From Malassezia furfur (taxonomy: Eukaryota): a DNA stretch of 33,104 bases. The translations under genes and the position numbers were made by a program. How positions within the stretch are numbered: the first letter of the stretch is position 1; the number at the start of each line of letters is the position of its first letter. The notes beneath the pieces were generated by a model. That model made no database searches and was not told where the DNA came from. It saw nothing but the letters and a program-made list of their open reading frames with translations. Below are positions 12,185-22,488 of the stretch, piece after piece. The DNA is taken from assembly GCA_052055015.1 (NCBI GenBank), contig JBQJIT010000080.1; one strand, given 5' to 3'.

Positions 12185-14373
12185 ATGTCGGATCGAGAGA
12201 GTGCGGCCCACCGGAGCCCACACACAGCATCGTCTGCGTCTGGCTCCCCCGATTCGTTCGGGCGTGATCCAGACCACCTTGCAGAGATCATGGCGGCACA
12301 GGGGATGCCCGAGAGCGAGTTCGATGACGACTATGAGGAGTGCGTCGTGGCCGCTGACGCAGCGAGGACGACGAAGATGAGGAAGACGACGACGACGATG
12401 AGGTCGAGGACCTGGACGAGGACCTGGACGAGGAAGATGCGGAGGATGTCGACGAGGACGATGTGATGCACCCTGGTGCCATCGAGGGCGGCCCGGGCGG
12501 CGTGTTCTTCCTCGAAACCGAGGGCGCGGACGGGACGACCATCGAGCACCATGTGCGGCATCTGAGTCTGCGCGAGCTGCAGCAGCTGTTGACGTACGGC
12601 ATGTCGTCGTTCGATGCAGACGACCCGGCGAGCGAGGACTCGGAGGACGACTCGGGCGTACGTCGACGTGACTTACGCAGCTCATGTCCCGCTGGGAGCG
12701 CCCCCTGGACGCGCCGCTGGATCTCTGGGAGCCGGTGACCGAGCCGGTGCGCGCCGGCCAGGAGCTCAAGTACAGTGGCGACTTTGGCATGGTACGTGGC
12801 CCGCCAACCCAGCCCTATACCGCGCACACACAGACCCTCGCGGCGCAGATTACGCGGCGCAAGCAGCTCGCCCGCGCGCCGCGCAAGGCCGACATGGCAT
12901 ACGCCCTACTGCCGAGCTCGCGCGGCGTGCTCGTGGCCGAGTACCCCGCGCCGTGCTACAGCGGGCAGTACTCGGAAGGTGCGTGTGTGCCCTGACGCAG
13001 ACTCCTCCTTCTTCTACACGTGTACGCGCGATATGCGTGTCCATGTATGTGGCGCGACTGACGCAGGTGTACGACACGACCATGGCCCCGCGCAAGCGCC
13101 CCGAGACGGTGCGCGACACTAGCTACTTTGGCGGGATGGACGACGACGCGATCGAGCAGGTCACCTCGCTGAACCTCATCCAGACCGTCGAAGCGCAGCG
13201 GGGGCAGTGGACGATCACCGACGTGAACCTGTCGCCAGACAACCAGTGGATCGTGTACTCGAGCATCTCGCCGTACGTCGGCCTGTCGCCCGTGCGCCAC
13301 GTCGACGACGACGCGGGCGGCGCCGCGAACCAGGTGACGCTCGACTTCTCGGCCAACACCGGGCAGCACTCGGGCGTACGTCGCACCCACTCACGCAGAT
13401 CTGGTCGCTGCGCTTCTCGGGCGACTCGCGCGAGATCATCGCGGGCGCGCACTACGGCTACATCTACGTATATGACATCGAGGCTCAGCGCCGCGTGCTC
13501 AGCGTCGGTGCGCACAACGACGACGTGAACAGTGTGACGTTTGCGGACGCCACCTCCTCGAACGTGTTTGTGAGCGGGAGCGACGACTCGATGCTCAAGG
13601 TGTGGGACCGCCGCTCGCTCGTGCGCGGCAAGCCCGCGGGGTGCCTGCCGGGGCACACCGAGGGCATTACGTACATTGCGCCCAAGGGCGACGGGCGCTA
13701 CTGCATCTCCAACTCCAAGGACCAGAGCGTGCGGCTGTGGGACCTGCGCAACCTCGTCTCGCTCGAGACCGTGGAGAACTGGGCGCCGCTCGACTACAGC
13801 CTGCGCAACTGGGACTACCGGTACATGCCCTACCGCCGCCCGCGGTACTATGCACACCCCGAGGACTGCTCGGTGATGACCTACCGTACGTGTCCTTATG
13901 CACTCACACAGGCGGCCACTCGGTGCTCCGCACGCTCATCCGCTGCTACTTCAGTCCGCGCGCCACCACGGGGCAACAGTACATCTACTCGGGCAGCGCC
14001 GACGGGCGCATCCATGTACGTTGGTCTCCGCGCGCTGACACAGATCTGGTCGCTCGACGGGCGCGTCGTCCAGGTGATCGACCGCAACTATGTACACCCG
14101 CTGCAGCACGACGACGGGCGCGCCAGCGACCCGTTCGCGCCCGAATGGGACCTGCCGCCCGCACGGCGCGCGCAGCGCAGCCACTTTGTGCCGCGCTACG
14201 GCCGCATGCGCAGCGCATCGCAGCGCGACAAGTGCATCGTGCGCGACGTCAGCTGGCACTCGGACGAGCCGACGCTCATGAGCACGTCGTGGGACGGCGG
14301 CGACGGCCAGGCGGGCAGCGTCGCGCAGCATCGCTGGCGCGGCCCCACGGCAGCCGACCCCGCGGAGATGTAG
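12185..14373 (+). CDS. WD40 protein DCAF11/WDR23 (LEC14B-like CUL4-DDB1 substrate receptor)
   Basis: Acidic N-terminus; GQYSE|DSSFFY, WTITD, HNDDVN, SGSDD...KVWDRR, GHTEG, KGDGRY, KDQSVRLWDLR, WDYR and Y|RGHSVLRTLIRCYFSP...TGQQYIYSGS. Seven clear introns of 22-28 nt plus one 21-nt candidate. Confidence 0.88.
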
Positions 14374-14430
14374 TTGAAATGGGCGTTTTTGTAGAATTTG
14401 CCCACGTGGGGGGTAACGCCGTCTGCCACG

Positions 14431-15493
14431 ATGCTTCTTCTGCGTAGCGTGGGCGCTGGACTCGGTGCGCGCCCTGTGGCGCCTTGCGCGACTGCAATGC
14501 GCGGTCTGCGCACGTCGTGTGCGGCGTACGAACAGGACCGCAACACGCACTTTGGCTTCCGCACCGTGCAGGAGAGCGACAAGGAGACGTTGGGTACGTG
14601 TGCCATCCCTCTGACGCAGTCGGCTCCGTGTTCTCGTCGGTCGCCTCGTCGTACGACATGATGAACGACGCCATGTCGCTCGGCATCCACCGCTTGTGGA
14701 AGAACCACTTCGTCGAGATGCTCAACCCGCGCGGCGGCATCCAGTGCCTCGACGTGGCGGGCGGCACCGGCGACATTGCGCTGCGCCTCCTCGACCACGC
14801 GCGCACGAAGCACCTCGACCGCGAGACGCGCGTCACCGTGCTTGACATCAACCCGCAGATGCTCATCGAGGGCCAAAAGCGGCTCAAGGAGACCATGTAC
14901 TGGAACACGCCGCAGATCAAGTTCCAGCTCGGCAACGCCGAGGCGCTGGACAAGACGATGGAGGTGCCCGAGCGCCCCAACCCGCCCGCAAGCACGCGCA
15001 AGAACCCCATTCTGCCGCCGCTCGTGAGCGAGCCGATCGCAAGCGAGTCGATGGACCTGTACACGATCGCGTTCGGCATTCGGAACTGCACGCACATCGA
15101 CCAGGTAATCCGTGAGGCCTACCGCGTGCTCAAGCCGGGCGGCATCTTTGCGTGCCTCGAGTTCGGCAAGGTCTCGGTGCCGTTCCTCGCACAGTACGTC
15201 GCCCTATTGACTCACCCAGGCTGTACAAGCAGTACTCCTTCTCGGTCATCCCGCCGCTTGGTCAGCTGCTCGTCGGCGACCGCGAGTCGTACCAGTACTT
15301 GGTCGAGTCGATCGAGCGCTTCCCAACGCAGACCGAGTTTGCCAACATGGTCGCCGACGCCGGCTTTCTCTCGCCCGGCTCCGTCGAGGCGCAGTCGATG
15401 GGCTTACCTCGTCTCAGCGGGCCGAACGGCGCGTACGAGGACCTGTCGCTCGGCATTGCGACGATCTGGACCGGTATTAAGCCGTTTGCATAG
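14431..15493 (+). CDS. COQ5: Ubiquinone biosynthesis C-methyltransferase Coq5
   Basis: THFGF, VFSSVASSYDMMNDAMSLGIHRLWK, LDVAGGTGDIA, YTIAFGIRNCT and ESYQYLVESIERFP. Two 26-nt introns. Confidence 0.95.
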
Positions 15494-15506
15494 TCTACGG
15501 TAGACA

Positions 15507-15890
15507 CTAGCTGGGGATCTTCTCGCACCGGATGTATGTCTTGGCCGGGTCGTGCGGCAGGATGCAAAAGAATCCGAGCGACTGTGTCAGCGCGCGCGAC
15601 GTACCTGCATCGTCTGGAACAGGTCGCGTGCCTCTAGCGCAATCGTTGCGCACTGCTCCTCGCCGTTCGGCAGCTTGCGGCACAGCAACGAACTCTTCTC
15701 GCCGCGCTCGCTGCGTGAGACTGGCGCCAACGTACCCAAAGAAGGTGAACTGCGAGCTCTTGCCATTCTGGCTCTCCGCATCCTGCGTCACGAGTTTCCG
15801 CACGTCCTCGTGCGCTTCCGTGTCGAGCTTATTGATCAAGTTGGAACTCTGTGCAGACCTGCATTAGCTGCTGCACCGCACGACCTACAT
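15507..15890 (-). CDS. Uncharacterised small protein (about 101 aa) with four C-terminal cysteines
   Basis: Three canonical introns (15859-15888, a 25-nt one, 15582-15604) join one frame: MSAQSSNLINKL...SLLCRK...EQCATIAL...MQ|SLGFFCILPHDPAKTYIRCEKIPS. The start codon is split as AT|G. Confidence 0.65.
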
Positions 15891-15978
15891 TTTCGTCGAC
15901 GCCAACTCGCCCAGACCCGCTCGAAGGCTTAGTCAGCGCACACACCAAACGTGGGGCGCCGCATTTTGTGCGCCGGGT

Positions 15979-17526
15979 ATGTCGGAACACCATCTTCGCG
16001 TGCAGGTCGCGTCGTTCAATGCAGGCCAGCACCTCGAAGAAAATGCGCTCCCGGACTTTACTTCGTGGCTGATTCCTACGGTCCAGCAGGATCCATCGAG
16101 CGGCTACGCTGTCGCGGAAAAGACGGCGTCGCGACACCCGCAGGCGTTCGCGCTGGGACCACGCGATGCGCCAGATGTCTACGCGGTGGGCTTCCAGGAG
16201 TTTGCCCTGCTGCCGCACGGCCTCGCCGGGTTCACCGAGTCGATGCGTACTGCGATCGATCGCGAGATTCGGCGCACCGTGCGCCTGCACCAGGCGACCG
16301 TCCGTCCCGACCGCATGTACGACCCGTTGGAGCTCGGCGGTGGACCGGAGAACTATGCACGCATCGCCGAGATCGTACATGGCGGCATGGTCCTGTTTGT
16401 GTATGCGCGTGAGCGCCCGTCGCGCGAGGCCGCCAACCTGCCGAGCGCCGCCGAGCGTGTCAAGGAAGTGCGCATGGCCACGGTGGGGACCGGCATCTTC
16501 AACCTGATGGGAAACAAGGGCGCCGTGGGTGCACGCGTGACGCTTGCGCCGCTCCATGCAGGTGGCGAGGACGAGGTACTGACGTTCGTATGCGCGCATC
16601 TCGCCGCGCACGACCACAACGTCGAGCGCCGCAACCGCGACTGGCAAAACATTGTGCAGCGCCTCGTGTTTAGTCCGGACGATCTCGGCTACGTGCCCAA
16701 CGTGGTGCCCTCGACCATGCCCGGCGACGTGAAGGAAACCATGGGCCAGATCCACAGCGTACCCACGAAGCCCGCGTCGCAGCACCGGACCAAGGCGCTG
16801 GATTCGAACGAATACTCAGTGTACGACACACACCATCTCTTCGTCCTGGGCGACCTCAACTATCGTATCGGTACGGGCGTCCCTGGCGCACCGCCGTCGG
16901 GTGGACCCGTGTCGCGCAACACGTATCCACCGATGAAGCGCTCCGATGTCAAGATGCTTGCCCAGTCGAAAAACCCCAAGCGCTGGGCCTGGCTTCTGCC
17001 CTACGACCAGCTGGCGCTGCAGCATGCCGTGTCGCCGCCGCGTGCGTTCCAGTCGCTATACATCCCGGACCTGAGTGTGTACAACCTCCCACCTACCTAC
17101 AAATACAAGGTCCCCAAGACGCCCGCAGATACTCAGGACGTCTTGAGCAAGAAGCGCGTGCCGGGCTGGCCAGACCGCATCCTGTGGAGCGAGCCGCAGA
17201 GCGTGGGGTGCGAGCTGTACCGCAGCCTGATGGAGTACCGCGTGTCGGACCACAAGCCGATCACGGCGATTCTCACAGTGCCGTCGACGCGTGCGCGTAC
17301 CTTCCTTGCGGCGCCCTACCCCATCGACCCTGCGTGGCGTACGATGCAGTTCCGTGGTCGTTGGCTCGACCGCATCATCGGCTACCTCTGGTCGCTGTTG
17401 CTGCTGTTCGGCAACGGTAGCCTGCCGCTCGCCGCGATCGAGGTCGCCCTGCTTGCGATTCTTGGCGCATGGTGGGTTAGTGGGCACCCGATCCCGCTGA
17501 TCCGTCCGAACGGCGCCGCCATCTAG
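15979..17526 (+). CDS. Inositol polyphosphate 5-phosphatase with C-terminal membrane anchor (Inp54-like)
   Basis: GFQE, MGNKGAV, FVCAHLAAH, GDLNYR, PPTYKY, PGWPDRIL and SDHKPI, then a hydrophobic C-terminus. Intronless. Confidence 0.9.
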   Translation: MSEHHLRVQVASFNAGQHLEENALPDFTSWLIPTVQQDPSSGYAVAEKTASRHPQAFALGPRDAPDVYAVGFQEFALLPHGLAGFTESMRTAIDREIRRTVRLHQATVRPDRMYDPLELGGGPENYARIAEIVHGGMVLFVYARERPSREAANLPSAAERVKEVRMATVGTGIFNLMGNKGAVGARVTLAPLHAGGEDEVLTFVCAHLAAHDHNVERRNRDWQNIVQRLVFSPDDLGYVPNVVPSTMPGDVKETMGQIHSVPTKPASQHRTKALDSNEYSVYDTHHLFVLGDLNYRIGTGVPGAPPSGGPVSRNTYPPMKRSDVKMLAQSKNPKRWAWLLPYDQLALQHAVSPPRAFQSLYIPDLSVYNLPPTYKYKVPKTPADTQDVLSKKRVPGWPDRILWSEPQSVGCELYRSLMEYRVSDHKPITAILTVPSTRARTFLAAPYPIDPAWRTMQFRGRWLDRIIGYLWSLLLLFGNGSLPLAAIEVALLAILGAWWVSGHPIPLIRPNGAAI

Positions 17527-18230
17527 TCTTCCGTCTCGATGCGCATGGTAAAATCATACGTGTTTCCGTCTTGGTCAGGAGCATGAAGAAGATGATACCA
17601 CGTCCGTAGCGCTTTCATACACCGGTCGTCGTGGGCCTGAATCTGTTTTGTGAGGGTGCCCTCGTCCACCTCGGCGTGCTTCTGGTCGTAGTCGGACACG
17701 AGCGCCGACTCGGCCGCACTCGTCTCGACCTCCGGTACTGTGCGCAGCAGTGTGCCGAGCCAGTTTAGCTTGCTGTCGGGGATCGGAACACACGGGTGCA
17801 CGGCGAGCTCTGGTAGCTGGCTCTTAGGGTCGTGGTCCTCGACGGGGGGGAGCTGGGAGTCGTGGTCGTTGCTGTCGTACAGGAGGGAATTCATCTCGGT
17901 GTCGTTCTGCTCGTCACCGAACAGGTTGGTATCTTGGGCCTCGGTCTCGAGGAATTCGTTGAGCGTCGCAAGCTGCGACGCAACAAAGTGCGGGCTCGGC
18001 GAGTGCAGTGCAGACGCGATCGAGAAGACGTGCGAAAGCAGGTTGGTATAGTTGCTTTGCACCGACAGCCAATCCTCAATGCCGGGTGTATGTAGGGTCT
18101 GCTCACGGAGCAGCGCAATCGAATTGCGCAGGGAGTCGTAACGCTGATATAGCGTCATCAGATGGCTCAGCGGCGGAGCAGCCGAGGCGAGCGTCGGCTC
18201 GGTCGATCCCCCACCACGACGCTGGCTCAT
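17523..18230 (-). CDS. MED8: Probable Mediator subunit Med8
   Basis: Pattern SLRNSI...DWLSVQSNYTNLLSHVFSIASAL...LAVHPCVPIP...LGTLLRT resembles the fungal Med8 profile. Start taken at MSQRRGG. Confidence 0.6.
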   Translation of the reverse strand: MSQRRGGGSTEPTLASAAPPLSHLMTLYQRYDSLRNSIALLREQTLHTPGIEDWLSVQSNYTNLLSHVFSIASALHSPSPHFVASQLATLNEFLETEAQDTNLFGDEQNDTEMNSLLYDSNDHDSQLPPVEDHDPKSQLPELAVHPCVPIPDSKLNWLGTLLRTVPEVETSAAESALVSDYDQKHAEVDEGTLTKQIQAHDDRCMKALRTWYHLLHAPDQDGNTYDFTMRIETED

Positions 18231-18290
18231 CGTGGTCTTAGTCAGCCAAAAGACCCTACATACGCGGGGTCCCGCTTTCCTTAAGGGACC

Positions 18291-19720
18291 ATGTCGCACA
18301 TTGAGCAGGAGATCGAGAGCCATCACACGTACAGTGCGCAGGATGACGAAGGCGTTGGTCGTTACTCGGCTTACGCCATGCGCTTGCGTACGCTGCTGAC
18401 GTCGAGCTCGCGGTACATTGCCTACTCGTCCGATGTGGGGGAAGCCTTCCGGCCCCTGACCCGACCCGGTGTGGTCACGGCCGCGTACGCCGTGAGTTGG
18501 GCGTACATCTTTACGGATGTTGGCTACACATGCTACAAGTCGTGTGAGGGTCGCGACCTGTCGACACGCCAGGCCAAGGAGGACATCTCGTGGATCGCGT
18601 CGCGTCGCTTCACGTTCCAGCTCCTGTCGAGGTACGTGCATTCCCACTAACTTCTCTAGTCTGCTGCTGCGTACGTTCTGCAAAGTGGTCCTACTTACCT
18701 CGCAGCCGCTGTCACGATTCACAGCGTGGTCAAGTACTCTGCGCCGGTCTTTGCCCGGTCGCGTTTCCTGCGCGTGCGCAGTGTCGGCCCAACGGTCGCC
18801 GGTCTGCTGACTGTGCCGCTTTTGGTGCGTTTGAGATACACTAACATGTACAGCCCATAATCTTTGATGAGCCGGTCGAGATCGGCGTGGACCACGCGTT
18901 CGATCTGCTCGAGCTCAAGGTTCAGGCCTACTATGGGAACCGCGAGGCCCAAAAAGTGCTCGACGAGAAGATGGCGCGGCTGAAGACGAAGCTCGGCTTT
19001 GATGTTAGCTCGAGCCCCAAGCCGCCGGCGCTGGCTCCGGCACCGGCACCGGCCAAGCGCCCGGTCGACGCCATCGGTTCGAACCCCCCACCGGAGTTGT
19101 CGTCGAACACTTCGACGGCCGCCCAGCTTGCGGTGCTGGGCGTCGGTGTGGATCTCCTGTACCTTCCTCGGATGCGCAGCCTCGTCTCGCGGCATGCTCA
19201 GCGGCTCTGCAGCACACCGTGGCGCGGTGCCTTCTCCCAGGCGCCGCGTATTGCGATGCCGCAGCGCCAAGACAGCCCGCCCTCTACCGAGTCGGTCCTT
19301 GCGCAGGCGGCGCAACACTTTGCGCGCCGGACGCTCTCCAAGTCCGAGTCGGCTGTCTGGGCAGACGTTGCACCGGGCATGACGCACGAGGACCGCCTGC
19401 GCTTCCTTGCGACGAGGTGAGCTCTGCCAAGTGCGCAGCGGCGCGTTCGTTCGTTACTAACCGCGTCTAGATGGGCATGCAAGGAAGCCACATACAAGGC
19501 AGTGTATCCGCATATCCAGCTCCGCGCACGCGACATCATTATGGAACGGGGCCACACCCCGCTCACCGTCAAGCCGCGCCTGCGCCTTGACCCTGAGGTA
19601 CAGTACACGGGGGCCGATGGACGTTTGGCGAATGCGCTTGTCGAGCAACTACGCCTGCACCTAAGCGTATCGCACGATGGCGACTACGTCATAGCTTCTG
19701 TACTGGCAGAAACACCGTGA
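18291..19720 (+). CDS. MTP18/MTFP1 fused in frame to an AcpS/Ppt2-type 4'-phosphopantetheinyl transferase, about 427 aa
   Basis: MTP18: RYIAYSSDVGEAFRPL...AYAVSWAYIFTDV...FQLLS|SLLL|PAVTIHSVVK...PLL|PIIFDEPVE. PPTase: LGVGVDLL, FARRTL, FLATR|WACKEATYKA and LSVSHDGDYVIA. Introns 18632-18659, 18671-18705, 18825-18853 and 19417-19470; spliced length 1284 nt with no internal stop. Confidence 0.85.
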
Positions 19721-19769
19721 TACTGTCTGAAACAATTAGAATGGGAAATCGACGCTATCGGCGTCCTAT

Positions 19770-20133
19770 CTAAGCAGAAGCATGCTTCTGGATAGCGTTC
19801 TGGGGTTAGTATGCGAGCCTGGACCAATGTACGTACTTGGAGCTTGGTCAAGTCGGCACCGACAACCGTCTCGATCTTCTCGCCATTCTTGAAGAAGACA
19901 AAGGTGGGCATCGCACGGATGCCGACCTCCTGGGCAATCTGGCTCTGCTCGTCCACGTCGACCTTGTAGAAGCCGAGCGTCTCGCCAGCCTTGGTGTCCG
20001 AAATCTTCTCGAAGACCGGGCCGATCATCTTGCAGGGGCCACACCAGGTGGCCCAGAAGTCGATGACGACGATCTTGTCACCACCGGTCACTTCCTTGAA
20101 CTGGTCGTACGACGAAATCACTTGCACACCCAT
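19770..20133 (-). CDS. TRX1: Thioredoxin (Mala s 13 allergen homologue)
   Basis: IDFWATWCGPCK active site and IRAMPTF. One 37-nt intron with TACTAAC, then NAIQKHASA*. Confidence 0.95.
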
Positions 20134-20520
20134 GATTGATTCGGGACGAAGATAGGATCCTCGCCACCCCGGCGAGCTTTATAGCCCAGGCTCAGCTGCA
20201 CAATGCTGATGTAATCACTGTGCACGGAACATCGATCACTGCGCACGCGCCACATCGAAGTTTTTTTACCCCGGGGAATCTCCGCAAACACCGTAGGTGC
20301 CCCACGGAGTGGCAGCTCGTACGATGGCGCCATTTGTCTTGGGCGAAATTTGCGCTGAGGCGATTAGCACCGATGACGGGATCATCGAAATTCACGCAGG
20401 TTCGTCCCCTGGAGCGTGTGGCTTAGGGGCTTCGATTCGCCATCCACCGCGTGCCAAGCCTTAGGTACCTCACCGTATTGCTATCAGATAATCCACAGCG
20501 TCTACAATTCCAACCCCCAC

Positions 20521-22311
20521 TTATGCCCCCATCCGCTCCCGGTTAATCTCGGGCGTCTCCGAGGGGTCCACATGAGGGGTCTTACCGAGACCCAGCCAGC
20601 TGCCGAGCGACTGCCACCACGGAATGGACGGCTGAGTCTGGTTGTTGGGAAGGTATTTGTACATGAAGTCGCTGTACACCGGGAACCAGGTGCGCAGCGC
20701 AAACTTCCACTGCCAGTCAGGGTACACGGCAGTGACACGGCCCGACTTCGGGTCGCGGTACCACGAATCGCACGTCGTGAAGACGAGCTCCTTCATCCGC
20801 TTGACGACCCAATGCTGCTCATCGAGCTCCGCCTTGAGCTTCACGTCGAAAGTGGGGACGTGTGTCAGTTGCGTCGTGGCCTTGGTGCCGGGCAGGTGTG
20901 CGATATCGGCGTCCGACGGGCGCGGAGACTCCAGCACGGGCTTGGCAATATACATAGTGAGCTCTTGCTGGCGCTCCGAGGTGTAAATCACCGACATGTG
21001 GCCCGTGCCCGAGTTGGGGCCAACGAGCATCGACATGTTCGGGAAGCCGGACAGGAAACAGGTGTGGTACGCAATCATACTGCCCTCGCCGTACTTGTTA
21101 AAGTGCTCCATCTGCGTCATGTCCGCGCCGCGGATCTCCAGAGGGAAGCCGGCCATCTGGGGGTTGAAGCCGTTAGCCATGACAATGACGTCTGCAGGGA
21201 GGCGGCGGCCATCGGCAGTGACCACGGCGTTCTCCTCAATCTTGACCAGCTTCGAGGTCTCCAGGTCCAGGTTTTCGCGGTGCAGCGCTGGCAGGTAACG
21301 GTTATCGAGGATGCGTCGACGGCAAGCGACCATCAGCTCGTTCTGCTTGGGCAGCAGCTGCTCTTGGTATTGCTTCGGCGCCGCCCTTTTCACATAGTTG
21401 CGGCACTGCTTTTCCCAGTCGGAGCGCATCATCTCGCCCATTGTGGTGCGTGTCGCCATCGTAAATTGAGACTCGAGGACAAGCCAGATGAGGACGCGTT
21501 GCAGCCACATAAAGAATCTAAAGTGCATCACGAGCCATCGCCAACCGGGGATGTACTCGAGCGGGATCTTGGGCTCGGGAGCGTACCAGTGCTTGGAGCG
21601 CACAAACTGCGTCACATGCTTTGCCTCCTCGGCAATGATGGGGACAAACTGCGTCGCAGAGCAACCGTTGCCCACGACAATCACATTCTTGTCCTTCATG
21701 CTGACCGAGTGGTCCCAGCGTGCGGAATGGAAAATAGGGCCCTTGAAGTTCTCGTGGCCAGGGATGGTGCACGGGTTCGGCTGGGACAGACCGCCCACCG
21801 CCGTGATCATCAGCTTGCACACGTAGTAGTGCAACTTGCCCCGTGCGTCCTTCGACTTGCTCTCCGGCACATCCTCGGCAACGATGTGCCACAGACCGGT
21901 GGCCGAGTCATAGCGGGCCTGACGCGTAAGCACCTTGAAGCGGAACTTGTCCCACAGGCCATACTCGGACACCACCGTGTGCACGTACTCACGCAACTCC
22001 TTCTGTTGCGGGAACATGCCACTCCAGTCCGACTTCTGACGGAAGCTGAAGCTGTACACGGGTGCAGGAATATCACACGCACAGCCAGGGTATGTGTTCG
22101 ATTCCCAGGTGCCGGCTGGGCCAGGGAGCTTCTCCAGAATAACGACATCAGTAACGTTGTGCTTGTCCTTGAGCTTGCACGCAACACTGACGCCGCTCAG
22201 GCCAGCACCGATCACAACTACATCGTGATACTCAGGCTTGAGGTCACCCAGGTTGACAGGGTCTTGTGTGAGCTGAAGACCGTCGGGAAGTGATTGAATT
22301 TCTTCACTCAT
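20521..22311 (-). CDS. Baeyer-Villiger-type flavin monooxygenase
   Basis: GAGLSG, WESNTYPGCACD, BVMO fingerprint FKGPIFHSARWD, GNGCSA and ANGF. Intronless; start taken at MSEEIQ. Confidence 0.9.
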   Translation of the reverse strand: MSEEIQSLPDGLQLTQDPVNLGDLKPEYHDVVVIGAGLSGVSVACKLKDKHNVTDVVILEKLPGPAGTWESNTYPGCACDIPAPVYSFSFRQKSDWSGMFPQQKELREYVHTVVSEYGLWDKFRFKVLTRQARYDSATGLWHIVAEDVPESKSKDARGKLHYYVCKLMITAVGGLSQPNPCTIPGHENFKGPIFHSARWDHSVSMKDKNVIVVGNGCSATQFVPIIAEEAKHVTQFVRSKHWYAPEPKIPLEYIPGWRWLVMHFRFFMWLQRVLIWLVLESQFTMATRTTMGEMMRSDWEKQCRNYVKRAAPKQYQEQLLPKQNELMVACRRRILDNRYLPALHRENLDLETSKLVKIEENAVVTADGRRLPADVIVMANGFNPQMAGFPLEIRGADMTQMEHFNKYGEGSMIAYHTCFLSGFPNMSMLVGPNSGTGHMSVIYTSERQQELTMYIAKPVLESPRPSDADIAHLPGTKATTQLTHVPTFDVKLKAELDEQHWVVKRMKELVFTTCDSWYRDPKSGRVTAVYPDWQWKFALRTWFPVYSDFMYKYLPNNQTQPSIPWWQSLGSWLGLGKTPHVDPSETPEINRERMGA

Positions 22312-22488
22312 GATGTCGTAAGGGAGATGTAGTCGTGCCGATGCCCGCGAATATAAACGTTTTGCCCCACGCACTTTCAACAAGGCACTATCACGTGGCT
22401 CTGGCAACTCCGCACGACGACAAGCGAGGACGGTTTTCACGCCGCCCCAAGATCTCATCGACCAATCATATTACTACAATCTCGAAAT

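Noticed and set aside
12363..12465. GAGGAC/GACGAG-rich repetitive DNA, also near 25527-25565
   Set aside because: It encodes acidic low-complexity protein tracts and is neither a CRISPR array nor a mobile repeat.
12077..12790. N-terminal 238-aa extension of the 770-aa ORF 10478-12790
   Set aside because: It is the antisense of the DCAF11 5' region and crosses a poly-A promoter tract. ATG 12076 starts a convincing mitochondrial presequence.
17161..17184. PGWPDRIL in place of the usual P(S/A)W(C/T)DRIL in the 5-phosphatase
   Set aside because: The catalytic Asp/Arg and the other motifs are intact; probably a tolerated variant.
18231..18722. N-terminal extension of ORF 17523-18722
   Set aside because: Antisense to the MTP18 exons; the Med8-like sequence begins after ATG 18230.
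20416..22293. 625-aa plus-strand ORF opposite the monooxygenase; similar long ORFs at 24300-25946 (-), 26906-28366 (-) and 1458-2417 (+)
   Set aside because: Antisense shadows of real genes, expected from GC-rich codon usage; no recognisable motifs.
20521..22311. Intronless monooxygenase as a possible bacterial horizontal transfer
   Set aside because: Several native genes here are also intronless and the GNGCSA/ANGF variants are familiar from fungal enzymes. A phylogeny would be needed and nothing in the sequence demands transfer.
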